Source of the DNA: Chrysomallon squamiferum
Lineage: Eukaryota; Animalia; Mollusca
Length of the DNA stretch: 64,000 nucleotides
Assembly: GCA_012295275.1 (NCBI GenBank)
Contig: CM022670.1
Span: 22,134,001 to 22,198,000 of the forward strand
Direction: 5' to 3'
Shown: piece by piece, positions 25,914-39,887 of the stretch
Layout of the letters: the number at the start of each line of letters is the position of its first letter
Position numbering within the stretch: the first letter of the stretch is position 1
Notes under the pieces: generated by a model
Told to the model about the DNA's origin: nothing
Seen by the model: only the letters and a program-made list of their open reading frames with translations
The model's database searches: none
Made by a program: the position numbers and the translations under genes

Positions 25914-26806
25914 CTTACTCCTTTAAAATTAACATTTTATGCCATCAGAAAATTACATTTGTAAGCCTGTTGTCTGAAGAAAGTTGGGTTGTAGAATAAG
26001 TAAATTAAAAGCATTTTGTCGTGTTTGATCCATGTATTCTCAGATCATTGGTTATGTTGTTTTGACTGGAAAAAATGTTTGTTAGTAAAAAATTAAATTA
26101 CCATGTTATAACTTTGTGAAATTTTTGATATTTTATTTAGGTTTCTATATAGAAAATTCTTAATGAAAATCATTTCAAAATGTATCCATGTTACACATTA
26201 TTCTTCTGGTTAGCCTCATTCTCCTTAAAAAAAAGAATAAACTTGATTATGGGAATATGTATACTTGTTTTCATTATGAAGTCTATTATACAACAAAACC
26301 CCCCAAAAGTTCATTAATTTACTTTTTATTTTTCTTGGAAATTAGTTAAGTTGTACTGAAAATAGTTTTTCAGATATATTTTATGAAACTTATTAGTTAC
26401 TAAAATGTGGATGACTGTTTTATTTGTATTTGTACCAGGTAGTATCTAATAAAACGTATATATTTTATATCTGCATTACTTTTAAACAGTATTTTATTTT
26501 TATTGCTTTTAACCAATTTATCTTGCTAAAGTTATTGATGCATTTAAAAAAAAAAAAAATTATAAAAAGAAAAACACAAGATTGAGAATCTGACTAGATC
26601 ACCTAAGAATTTTAATTTTAAAGTATTTCTCTTAATTACTCCAGCTATTTTAATTGCTGAGAGTTTTCATCTTTAAAACAATGTCAGCTTTTTATTATTT
26701 TTAACATTTTTTATTTTCTTAGGATATTTTTGGTTCTTAGTTCAGTGATGTTTACATGAAACAGAATTCAAATTATTGTGTTGAATTAATTTTCATACAC
26801 AATTTA

Positions 26807-26812
26807 AATAAA
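26807..26812 (+). terminator. Candidate polyadenylation signal of the transgelin-like gene
   Basis: AATAAA about 900 nt after the stop, followed about 25 nt later by a GT-rich tract (gtgtttgttc). AATAAA is common in this AT-rich DNA. Confidence 0.35.
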
Positions 26813-27108
26813 TATGTATTTCACTTCTGTAATAAGTGTTTGTTCTTTAATTACAAAAAGAAACACCCAACATAATTTTTAAAGATTGGTGAAAATATAG
26901 CTTTACATTAATAATAATCTGTGGAAATGTTTTATTTGGTTACAAATTCAGTTTTATTGTAGTTGTGTTCTCAAGTGCTGTCATGTCTTTTTTAAACTTG
27001 TTACTGTATATAATCTTAACAACTGAATGTGTACCTCCATGTTTTTAGAAAAAAAAATCAAATCAAATAATAATTGAACATAACAACATTTCAGTTTCAT
27101 CATTGTGT

Positions 27109-27114
27109 TTTATT
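27109..27114 (-). terminator. Candidate distal polyadenylation signal of CACHD1 (implies a ~4.2-kb 3' UTR)
   Basis: AATAAA on the minus strand with a downstream GT/T-rich tract (tgttgttatgtt). I found no exon-like sequence between 27115 and 31307. Confidence 0.3.
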
Positions 27115-30100
27115 ACAAAATATGCTAATGCAAAAAGAGCATTGGCCAGATTTACAAAATGTAATAATAATAAGCATCAACTGTCTAAAGTGCTGGTTGA
27201 TCTAATTTTTAAAACCCTGATAGGCACATCTCTGGGAGAATTTATTTGTAATATCAGTGAAATCTATGAGAATTGGAGGTAAATACCACTGATTCATTAG
27301 ATACAAATAACCAGGAAAACACTGATTATAGTACAATACAGACTGAAGCAAACTGAGTGTTTCCATCTATCTAAACCTTAAAACATTTTACTGAGGTGCT
27401 CAGACAAACACATATGTATAAAACTGGGGAGCATTTTATATTTTGCCAGTCTGATCCACGTTGCCCACATTAGGCTAACCATCCAAATTTTTTATGTCAA
27501 CCATATTCATCCCTCCTTATGAATTTTGGGTTTAAAACCATCTCCATTCTGCCATATTAGCTATTTATTTTACATAACATTTGTAGTAATGAATAATGTT
27601 TGATGAATATAGCATTATTGTGCAGTTGTTCAAATATTTCACACTGCATGAAAATTACTGGTATTATATTTAACATTAAAAAATAAAAAAGAACTTTCAA
27701 CTCTGATCTATTTTGTAACAGGTTGAGATATAACAAGTTTCATTTGACAGAAACTGCAGATGTTGACAAAATTAATATCATCACAGAACGGTTGGTTCTG
27801 TTTTCTTAGTTAAGTGTATCTCATTTGTTTTTACAGTATTATTAATTTTCTTTCTGAACTGCAGAACAATGAAAACACTGATTGGAAGACCTATACTGAG
27901 AAATGTGGGAATCGTCCAAAGTGTTTAACTTACTTTTAAGACTGATAACAGATGTTTGCACTATAAAAGGTGTAACCAATAATTTTTTTTTTTTTTTTTT
28001 CAAAAACAATTTCAGGCTAATGATTGAGAAATGGTCCCAAATTGGCAGAAAAGTGCAGTTCCCCACTTCTTAAATACATGTGAGTGTCTGAATGTGTGTT
28101 TAATTTGAAATTTGATTCCCAGCATTCACTTTATTTTTTTTGAATTTTCTTATTTTGATTAAATTGACCATACTGGTTTACAAATTTATTGCAGTGATAC
28201 AGATCTGCTGACTAAAAGAAGCACATATGCCAGAGATTTAATGTAATCCTACTGTAATGTGGTGGAACCAGGCATATCTAGCAATACATTTCTAAACTCT
28301 GCCTTTGTATGTACATATGTACAGATTATAAATTTCTATGGTAACTACTTACATTATAGTAGATATTAATATTTCCTGTATTAAACACAAAATCATTTCA
28401 TTCACTGAATAATGGTGTTATTTCACTGAATAATCAGTAATGTAAAGGATTCATTTGCCACCAGTTGGTCACAGATTAAAAAAACTGAATAAAAAAAAAA
28501 AAACCCATTAAATTTAAAAGCTGTTTTCTGTAAAATTCTTATTATTATATGAAAGACATCTTAAATGTGGTACATATAAACATAAAAGGTAAAAGATAAA
28601 ATTTATTTTAGATTATATTCAAGAATTAAATTCAATTCAGTTATAAAAGAAAAATTTCTTAAGATGCACTAAATGTTTGTGTTCTTTCTTGTACTGATAT
28701 ATAAAATGACTTTTTCTTCACTACCTCAGTGTAAAGGTAACAACTAATCTAACTTGTAGACACATGCCAACTATACCGTTACACTGGGCCAATGTTTCCT
28801 ACAAAAACTGGTATAATTAGACTACAGATTCTACATGCAATGTTTTACATTTGAAAAAATCACAAATATTAAAGACAAAATCATTTATTCTTCTTAACAA
28901 ACAATGATCTTGTAATTTATAATTTTGATATGCTTTTACAATGCATAAAATATTTTTTTTAAATAAAAAATGCCCACGAAAGATGTAGAGAGTGAAGAGA
29001 GTGTTCATATCTGAAATGTAATATTAGGTTTTCATAGAACTTTGTTTTTGAAAAAGAATATTAAAAACATTTTCTGCAAGTAAAATGCAAATAAAAAACA
29101 CTGAAGTTTTAAACATTTCATTTGTCAAAAAAATAACTATCCTATGCACTATCACACTGTTGTGAGAATATAAAAAAAAATCTATTAAAATCTATATTGG
29201 AAAACATCAAGAAAATCTTTCGTTACCTGACTGAAAAAATTATAAGGTGGATTCAATCCATTTTTCAATTGAAAACAATGGAAAAAAAAAAGTAAATGTA
29301 GAAGTAAATAACATCTAGAGATTTCCACTGAAACATGCCATTGTTTGAGCAGACAATAGGGACACAACACTCAAGGACAGTGGTAATAATTTATGGAAGA
29401 CGTCTACCTAAGAAAGTTAAACATTTTAGCACTATAAACAGCTTGCAGAACTTATAAAAGGTAATTAACAATACAAATAATTCTCATCAGGACTTAACAG
29501 TCTGCATTCATTAACAATTAATAAAATCTAGAAAAATGTGAATAGTGTATTTCTAAAATTTAAAATAATGCTAATCAAAAACATTTAAAATACTGATGCA
29601 AGAAGTTGAAAGAAGCAATTATGGTTGCATCTTTCATTAAGACTAAACATACTTAAAGCATATTCTGTCATTAAATATGCTTTTAATTTTAGTTTAAAAA
29701 ATAAAAACTAATTAACTTTATACAGATCAACCATCACTGATCCAGCCATTACTAATCTAGTTCCATCAATTATCTGGCACAAATTTTAGCTGCTGTTATT
29801 TCAAATTTCCTGAGTTACAGCATAAAACTTACTACTAATATTTAAAGATGCTTCTTGCTACATAAATTCAGTTGGCATTATTTGCAAGCATATGCAAGCC
29901 ATTCCTGTTTGTATTTCTGCTTTTTGTTGTTACGATCTTCTAACATTTAACCTTAACCATTGTTTCAATGAACAAAAGAAATGTTTTTCAATGTGTGAAG
30001 TGCAAACAATGTATATTATCTGTACAAAAAATAAGCCTAATCATTAAAAAAAACACATTTAATTGGATTTAAAATAAGTGGATAAGGCTGTGAATTGTTG

Positions 30101-31307
30101 AATTAAAGAGTATTCAAATCTGTTATCTGGTTAATTAATCCACCATTCTGTAGAAGCCAATGTGGATTAGTGATGGTTGACCAACATATAATGTGCTGAT
30201 ACTTTTTCTGAAGCTTTCAGATAACATCCATTTTAACAATTTTAAGCAATTGATTTTCTTTGGTTATAAAGTTCATATCACAGTTTTGTATTTAACACTG
30301 ATCTGTTTGAATAAAATAATAAAGATCTTTTAGGGCAGTTACGGGCAAGTCCTGATGAGATTAAGCACTCAAAAATTTCACATAACAGCATTAAACACTG
30401 TCGTGTTATATACAATTAACAACAGAGCTTAGTGTGCACGTATTAAAAATGCACAGTTAATGTGGTTTTAATGAAATCAAGTTTTGCACATAACATATAT
30501 CCCAGAGACTCAGATTCCTTATATCAAAGACTGACAAGATTATCCATACAAAGCATGTTTGTACTTATCCATGTCAATAATGTAAATAAATGCATTTCTC
30601 TACAAGAAAGCACATCTGTAAATGTCATTGGTCCAGAACTCTGCCATTTTGACAAAACCCGCTTTAACAGAGACATTTTAATTTATTCCTGTATTTTTTT
30701 TAAAAAGGACATTCACCTTTTAATGCTGTGGTATTTAATGGCTTTTAAAATTTCCCCATTAGAACACCAACATGGTTTTACCCATTTACTGACTGTACCC
30801 TTTTCCCAAAGCAAATATCCTTTAAGTTACTTTTTTTCTTTCTTTCTTAATGTTGTATTAATCAACAAAAGAAGAAATCTATTTAATAACAAAACATTGT
30901 CTGTTCTTTTGTTTGTAATATCATGCACACTGAATTCTAATTTATGCCACTGTCAGATTCCAGTCTGTGATCTGACAAGCCAATAAATTCACAGATACCC
31001 TTTCATGAACAGTCAAGTGCTCTGCCTGCTTCTTCTGCCTTATAGAAATATCCCTGAGAAACTGACTACTGTATCAACATCGTGTCTGAACACATCTACA
31101 TTTCTGGTTTTTTGAACACATCCTTGCTGGTCGACATGTTTCAGTACCTCTCCATCTTTTCACATGAACACAGAGACAGCAAATATACAACATCCGTGAC
31201 GAATGAAGAAAAGACACCAGTCTATAAGCAGACTAGTCCTTTGCAGTGGCTACCTCTACAATTCCTGGATGAACTGAGCACTAATTGACACCCGCTTTAA
31301 CATGGCT

Positions 31308-34300
31308 TCATCGGGAATCCACCATGTGCACTTGAACATTGGCTATTATATTATGAGGTGCTTCAGGAATCACTGTTGTTGCACCCAAGGTGCAGTGTTC
31401 TGACGGGATGACAGTCTGTTCGGGTATTGGCATGTATGTAGAAAGTCTTGTTTGTGGCGGTGTCGGACTGCGACTCCGCCTACACAAACTAGGGGGTGGT
31501 GGCAGCATGGGTGCCTTCGTCATCCCATGAGGTGTTGGTTTAAACCGGTCTTTGCCAATGAGAAGCGGTTCCAGGCAGGGAAGACTGGCGTGTTCACTGT
31601 CTTCGTGCGGTGTCATTGTGCTGTATCCGTGATCACTGTCTCCACCCGCAGGACGTCTGTATGACGTGTTCACTCGATACGGGGAAATGCTTGCTGGATT
31701 GTCATTGAATGTTGCCAGCACAAAGTTTGTGTGTCCTGCAATTTAAAAAATGTCAAAATTATACCTAAAGAAATTGTATTTAAAACAAATGTCTTTTGAA
31801 AATTTTTATTTCCAAAATATCAGCCAGAAATAAGACCTATATTCTATTACTTAATCATACTACCTGACTAGCCCTTTAAAAAAAAATAAAAATAAAAATT
31901 AACAAAAAGACGCACCAACTTGTTTTTATCTTATACCTAATAAAGCTTACTGCTAGAATTGATAAGAAACAATAAAACAAAAAAGTAATGATTATTCAGA
32001 AAATCTAGTATTAATGTATTTTTATTTTACCTTATTTAAAAAAAAAAAAAAAAAAAGTAAAGATATGATCTGATTAGATTGTTTGCTTATTATAAAAGAC
32101 ATCCTAAGAATAAAAATGAGTAGATATGTTCAGATAAAATGAAGCAACATTTAATTCAGTGACTCACCTGCACCTGGATCTTCTACAGGTTCTATTTCAT
32201 CAGGTTCGTTGTAGTAGTGAGACATGCGGTTGTGGTTCTCAGGCAGAGTGCTGATGTACTGATGTGAGTTCCGATGTACATGATGTCGATAACAGTAAAC
32301 ACCAAGAGCAACCAACAGAAAACATCCCATAATTCCACCTGCCACAGGACCAACTGGGGTGCTTTTCATTTTCACAGGATCAAAACCATGAGCCATTGCT
32401 GAGAAATAAGAATCACAAGTAGCTTAGAATTATAATCAATGAATAAGTGTATCTGCTAAAATTTATTATTAAATGTTATTGTTATAGGATCAAAAGTATG
32501 AGACAGCAGCCATTGCTAAGAAATAGACCTGTATTAGAATTAAAATAAAGTACATTAAATGCAAGCAATTTGTGATAGTAGTAATATTTAATGGACATGA
32601 TACAAAGAGGATAAATTATAAACCCAAGAAGTAGCTTTAAATATAAAATGTAAAACAAATTCCCATGTGGACTTTATTCTGTGGATTACTTACCACTGAC
32701 TTCATCCCCATATGGAGTTGCAGCTCCTATGACACCACCGAAACAAACCCTCTGACTAGCACAGTAAGGTTTGGAGAGTGGTGTCTTCCCATCATTCCGT
32801 AACTGACACCATTCACAATCCAGCACTCCCATACAATCACTGAAAAACAGACATCATGATAAATTAACTCATTCTTCATCTTATGTTTTTGTATAAACAT
32901 ATTATAAACCTCGTTTGGCTTTACACTTGGATACTGTACCTTTATTATTAACTAAATACATTTACTAGTGACCAAAGGGAATTAACTATCTTTTATTGTG
33001 TTTGGGGTAAACAGTATTTATCAATGATACTTTGTGAGTTTTGTTTCAGGTTTCTAAATATTAAAAGGTGTTAATGGGAATACTCACAGTCTGGTTTTCC
33101 TTTCACTGCACACAGGTTTGTAGCACTGTTCCAGATTCTCTGTGTCTGAGTAATCAGCAACTATCAGTCTCTGCTGTTCTGGCTCATGTGGACAGCTTGG
33201 GTTTCTGAAAGTGAGAGACCAAATTGTTTTTATTAACAGAAAAAAGAAAAAAAGAATATATATATATATATATATATATATAGTTCATGAATTTTATACA
33301 TATTTGGTTTAGTGGAAAAGAATATATACAAATATTTTAAATGTTTATTTATCTTAGATTCAGTTATGTCAAAATGGTATATAACTAAAGTTTACTTAGA
33401 CATACTAAAAAAAAGTTATTTCATACTTAATAAGAGTTAATTCCTATTTAAACTTTTTATCTATTGTAACATTTTTAAGGTATACAAATATTATCAAATA
33501 TTACATATTCATAAATTAAATTTTTTTTTTTTTTTTTTTTTTTTTGTTTTTTTGTTGTTTTTTCTGTCTTTCTCTCTTTTTTTTTTTTTTTTTTTATTAC
33601 TGTTTTCTTGGAGGGCATAGAGTAAAATCAAAAGACTTACAGGTCTTCTTCGTCAAGCAGCTCTCCTGTACAGAAGTTCATCTCAAGTGGACACTCACAC
33701 GGACACTCACACTCACTCTGCTCCATGCGGTTACAGTTGAGACAAAGTCTGTCAACCTAAGTCAAATTAAAATTCAAATGATTATTCCTGTTTAATTCCT
33801 TTATTAGTTAACAAGATTTCGCATAAAAAAATTAATAAAATGTTTTGGTATAAATTAAAAGTACCAGTATAATATAAAAAACAAAGCAAAACAACATTAT
33901 AGATTCATTTCAGGCCAATATTTCTGTAAACATTAGAAACAATTAAACCTAAATTAAATGAGGTTTATAATACTTTTGTTGTGTATTGGAAAAAAAGGAA
34001 CTCAGTTAATCTTTGTTTTGAAAATAAAAAAATGTAAAAATTCTTATCAATGAAATCTATTTTGGTTGAAATATGTTTGAAATGTTATTAGCTATTTTAA
34101 CATTAAAACAATGTATTGACACATACCATACTGCAAGGACAGAAGGTAGTTGCTGTTTCACATGTGTGGTTGACAATTCCAAGGAAAGCGTTGGTGCCAG
34201 GTATGTGTGTTATCTGATAGCGAGCACAGTGTTCTCCATGTACCATGTTAGTGAGAACACCATGCAGACTAGTGTTAAACTGTAAATAAAAACAATAGTT

Positions 34301-37300
34301 ACTTATTACACATGTGATCTATCTAACAATATTAAACTAAACATATACACTGTACATGTCCTGTTTTTTCTCAACTTATATATTTATAAAAATATTAATA
34401 TTGTTAAAAGCACTAATTAAAAGTCTACTTACATTATAAAATCTCTGTACAGTCCTATCACCATATTTGTTGCAAAGCTTTTTCTGCACAAATCCAGTGT
34501 GGTACAGAATGTCATTAGCAACAAGTGGTTCCTGTAATTTTTTCAAACATTGTTAACAACAGAAAACAACTGTAAAAACATTTCATTTTAAAGAATTGAG
34601 GACCAAGATATAAAAAGTAAAGAAAAGAAAATAATTAAAATTTGAAAATTTTGAAATTTAAAAATAGTAGAAAATAAAAACTAACAAAAACAAACAAAAA
34701 CATGTCTGATTTATTAACAAAATATTTATACCTTGTGTGTGATATGCTGCTGTTCTGCAGGACCTTTCCCATTTGGATCAATGAGAGCTGGGTGAGCAAC
34801 CAGGTAGCCCTTGTCATCCATCAGAAAACACCTGATACACCAATATTATTTATTTTAGTTTACCACAGATGCAAGAATTACATACTATTCATTTAAATTT
34901 CAGTAAATTTTGTAAATGTTAATTAAAATTTTTATAATCATTTATTTAATTTTATATTTTATTAAAACAGACATATCTAATTTTAATGTGTTGATCAAAT
35001 CTATTTAGTATATATTGCTTTTGTTATAGATATAAACAGGTTTTTTTTTTCATACATCATTATATTTATGGGTTAATTAAATAAAAAAGCACTCTGTTGA
35101 CATTCATGTTTTGATTACTTACAGACACAAAGAATAAAATGTTAAAATACTGATATTCATGATTTAAATTACATTTATAACAGTAAGTAATGGATCTACA
35201 TAATAAAGCATAAAAATATTGACTTACTTGACAGTTGGCTGGTCACAAGCACTGATACTCTCTGACAACAACTTATGAAAATAGCCCAGAGTTAGGTCCA
35301 TTCCCATCACTGCAACCACACGATCCTTTGGACTGTGTAATGCTGCTGGTCTGTAATAAACATTCACATAAACAAGAAGTTAGAGAAAAATCTATATCAC
35401 TTGAGAATTATTAAGAATTTTTAAACACTGTTCTTGTTTGATCCATAACAAATAACTGTGTTGGTCTAAAAATTACTATTAAAAGACAATTAAAAATCAT
35501 TATATTAAAATGAATAAAATTCAAAGATGTACTTAATAATCATTGGATTACAATTAATAATTTATATTTTAATAAGCATTGTTAAATCAATTCTCCTTCA
35601 TCAACAATTTAAATTAGAAATACTGAATGCAGATATGCTAAATACTTACTTTCCCTCAAATATTGTGTGACTGATAGTAACAATGTATCCAGCACCACCC
35701 ACATCCAGATAAGGAGCTGTCAGTGTCACATGTCCAGGAAACTCCATAGCTCTAGTATACCTGAAACAAACAAAACAGTACTAGTAGTTTATGTGGAGAA
35801 ATGTATTAGAATAATATGTCAAATAATTTTTTTAAAACAACAAATTTTGGAAGCAATTTTGTGTTTCCCCTTTTCAGTAATTAATGAAGAGATATCTTCC
35901 ATCAAATGTAACAGAATAATCCATCAATTTATAAGAAAAAATGATAACTGATTCCCGATGCCAAAAAAATGTTTTATTTCCTATTTACAATAATTAATGA
36001 AGAGTTATCTCCCATCAAACTATGAAGAATTATTCAACATAGAAATATAAACAATCTTCTGATGTTAAATAATTAAATTTAGACTAAACCCCCCCAGAAA
36101 TATAACAATGCAGAACATTTTAAATTATTTTAAAAACAATAGCAAAAACAATACACGTAAAAATAATGAAAGTATTTACCATGCTCTCTTGGTGGGATCA
36201 AATGTTTTGTCAAGCAGAGTGCCTGGGTAAACACGGAATACTCCACTGGGTGTTGCCACATAGCGTCTTACAATGAAATCTTTCAGTATGCTCAGTTCAT
36301 ATCTTCTTATCCACTCAGAGTTAATTCGTCCTGTTGCAGCAACATCATTTCTTACTTTGGTCTGTTTGAACAAAAAAAAAAAAACCAAATTAGTTATATC
36401 TTATTTATAGAGAAATAAAAAAAATAAAATAAATAATAATAATAATAATAAATAAATAACAGATATAATACATTTTTGAATTTAAAATGCTGAAAAAAAA
36501 TGTTGCAAAAGATAAAAGTATCAATATAATCTTAAAGTTAAAATTTTAACACGAAGATTAAACTGAACACATCATTTTAATTCTAGATATATATAATTTT
36601 TTTTTTTAAATGTCCTCCTACCTCAACACCAGGATTAATAATTAGCTGGGTGTCATCTTTCAGATAAGCCATGTAAATCTGAACAGTTCTTTTTGTTTCT
36701 TTTCTACTCAAGTAGTCGTAAGGATTGTTAAAACTGCTGGCTGACAGGAAAATGGTGCTGATATCTATGAAATAAAAAAATAAAATAACTTAATCTAATA
36801 TCAAATTTATTTAAATGAAACAGAAAAAATAATAATAATCTTTCCGCTAAATCTGATTTATACTATTTTAAAAAGATTTATACTTTGTAAGATGAAGATT
36901 ACAAAAATCAAATGAAAATGTGCTGACTATTTAAAATTATATTACATACAAAAACACAGACCCCAGAAAACTAAATTCACATATTAAGAAATCCATTTTT
37001 CTCTAATATCATTTTAGTTACATATTATCTGTACAGAGTGTCTGAAAAATGTAATACCTAGAGTAGATAACTGTTTCAGGTGAAGACACATTTTGCTGGT
37101 TGGTATAAGATCAATTCTGTGATACACAAGATCAGGTTGGCCATGAACTGAAATTAAAAGAAACATTTGTATTTAAACATTAAGTATGAAACTGTCTATG
37201 CTGGTAAAAAAAATTAAAAAGTAGAAAATAAATATAAAGTAAATTACATATATTTGTGTGATGTGTATGTATGTATGTATGTATATTTGTTAATTGTTTG

Positions 37301-38446
37301 AATCATAATTACTGAAATTCTTAAGCATGAAAATAAAAATTCTTGAAACAGAATTTGTCAAAGGAAATATTTATAATTGCAAAAATACTACTAAATCTGA
37401 TTAATTTTCTAAAATTCCACCCATAATGCAACACGTTGATCAGTTAATAACTAAAATGGAAACACTTACTGTGTATGTTCTGGAGTTCTCGTACTTCTGA
37501 GTGATCTCTGATCATTTTAATAACAACAATGTAGGGAATGTTTGGTACCTGAAATAGAAAACACTAAATTATTTTCATTATATAAATAACCTCAATTATT
37601 AAATGTTTATAAATTACAGAAAATTTCCAACATTATGAAATGCAGCCACTGTATGAGAATTATTTTACTCTAAAGATGCTTGCATGGAGTTACTTCCCTT
37701 AGATATTAGACTAATCCGTCTTATGCAATAATTGAATCAAATGATAAACCTACAGCAGCTGAAAAGGAGACTACCTGGCTAACTACAACAACTATCCAGA
37801 AGAAGCTGTATAGCACAAGAAGTGATCTACAGAGAACAGTATTATTCATAGTCAATGCTGGCCCCAAAGTGCAGTCAAAACAAGTCAAGGAGAAAAAAAA
37901 AACACAAAAAAAAGACTGATAATCACCTTTTTCCATAAATATTTTGAAAATATGCTGCTCTCCACAATTTTTCCATCTAAATCTGTTGTATTTGTTTTCT
38001 CCAGTAAAACCATTGCTTCTCCTTCATCTTGGCTGTAAAATTAGAAAAAATTGGTGATATTGTTTTCTACACCAGTTTAGACATTTCACACTGCTTATCG
38101 CATAAATTATTAGAAATGTTTCTAATTATTCAGTATAGATAGTTAAAAAACAAGTTTTTATTGTTTAAATATGAATTTCAAACAGACCTGAGAATTTTCT
38201 CTCTGATTGTATCAAAGCCATTCACTGTTTCAAAATGGCGGATGTCTGTGTGTAATGGCTGCTGACTTGTTCTGATTGGACGCTGGAAGAAAGGATGCAT
38301 TATGGTGTAACCTGAAAAAAGAAGGATAAAAACAAATTGAGAGACAAATTATTTTCTTTGATGCATAAAATAATTCTACCCCAAAAAGCATTACATTTTC
38401 AATACTGTGCACTTTGCAAACCTGTAAAATAATGAAGTGGGAAAAA

Positions 38447-38491
<45 letters not shown>

Positions 38492-39799
38492 AAATCAAAT
38501 ATATAAAGGTTTTAATTGAATCATTTTTGAAAATCTAAGATATCTTAAAATTCTGTGGTTATAATAATACCCAGGGAATGTATTAATTTTTAATTGTTAA
38601 ACATTTTTCTGTGATTATTAAATTACAGAATTACATAAAGCATTACCTTTTGTGGTAATCACAAAGGCATATGACCCATCTCCTTGACTGTAGTAAGTAA
38701 TTTCCTGTACTATGTCCTCCATGTGAAGATCAACTCCGACCATTCCTATCAGTTTGATTATTTCTCCTTTCTTGGTGCGGTGAAAACATGGCTGACTCAA
38801 ACTCAGAGTTAATGCTGAAAACATATATCATATATTTTCATGTATCATCAACAGACTTAAATATTTTTAAAAATTTTATATGAATTATGAAATAATTATT
38901 TATTATTATAAAATTTGTTCTATTTATTTGGTTGCTGGTATTTTTAATTCCTTTTTCACCTGATAATATTAATGATATAAACATCCAAACTATATATTAA
39001 AACTGGAATATATTTATCATGCACGTCTTTTTTTTTTTTTTTATCCTGAAAAAATAAAATAGTAAATGTGTCATCTATTTTATACTGACCTCGGTCAGCT
39101 TCATCAATATATGGCAAAGAAAACACTGGATCTTCTTTGGCAGTTTTGTTGAGTGGAAGGTAGAACCTCCCAACTGTGGAACTAAGATCCCTGGTTCTAT
39201 TTATAGATAGCATCATTCCTTTCTGTAAAATAATAAATAAATAAATAAAATAAATAAACTTCTCTGGGTATTCGAAGCAATCATTTCTTGATTCATGTGA
39301 AATGATAATGAAAATAATAAAGCTTTTGTTTTTGTAAGATGAAACCGAAACACTGAATGATGTCAGGGATCTTTTCTACAGTAACAATGTAACTGATGTC
39401 AATGAGAAAGGACACATTCAGATGGGGTTTTGTAGGTTTAGAAAAACAAAAATTAATTAATTTAATTCTTAATAAAGAAAGCTGGCACAAACTACAATTT
39501 GAATATATTAATACATACACTATAATTATGATAAATATGTAAAATGACATGTAACCATTAATAAAATAATATTAATCTCAAAAAGCAATAAAAAAAAGAT
39601 CTCTGTCTTACAATGATTGGTACATTTATCCTGAACTTGACATCATATTTTTCAAAGTTCTGATCAGCAATATCTTGTAAAAAGCTCTTTTCATACATTA
39701 TTGGCTTTCCATCTGCAAAACAAGGTAATTAAAACATATATATAAAATTCTTATTAACATAGTGTTTCTGATCAGATCAATAACAGTCCTAATTAAATT

Positions 39800-39887
<88 letters not shown>

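Noticed and set aside
26591-26612. tgactagatc, identical to the 5' end of miR-279
   Set aside because: The match ends after 10 nt and no complementary arm for a precursor hairpin is evident.
30462-30986. 174-aa plus-strand ORF, the longest in the track
   Set aside because: No ATG start, low-complexity F/L/I/N composition, no recognisable domain, and antisense to the inferred CACHD1 3' UTR.
31452-31664. Plus-strand ORFs overlapping CACHD1 exons (also 33544, 34073, 34702, 35667)
   Set aside because: Antisense shadows of real minus-strand exons.
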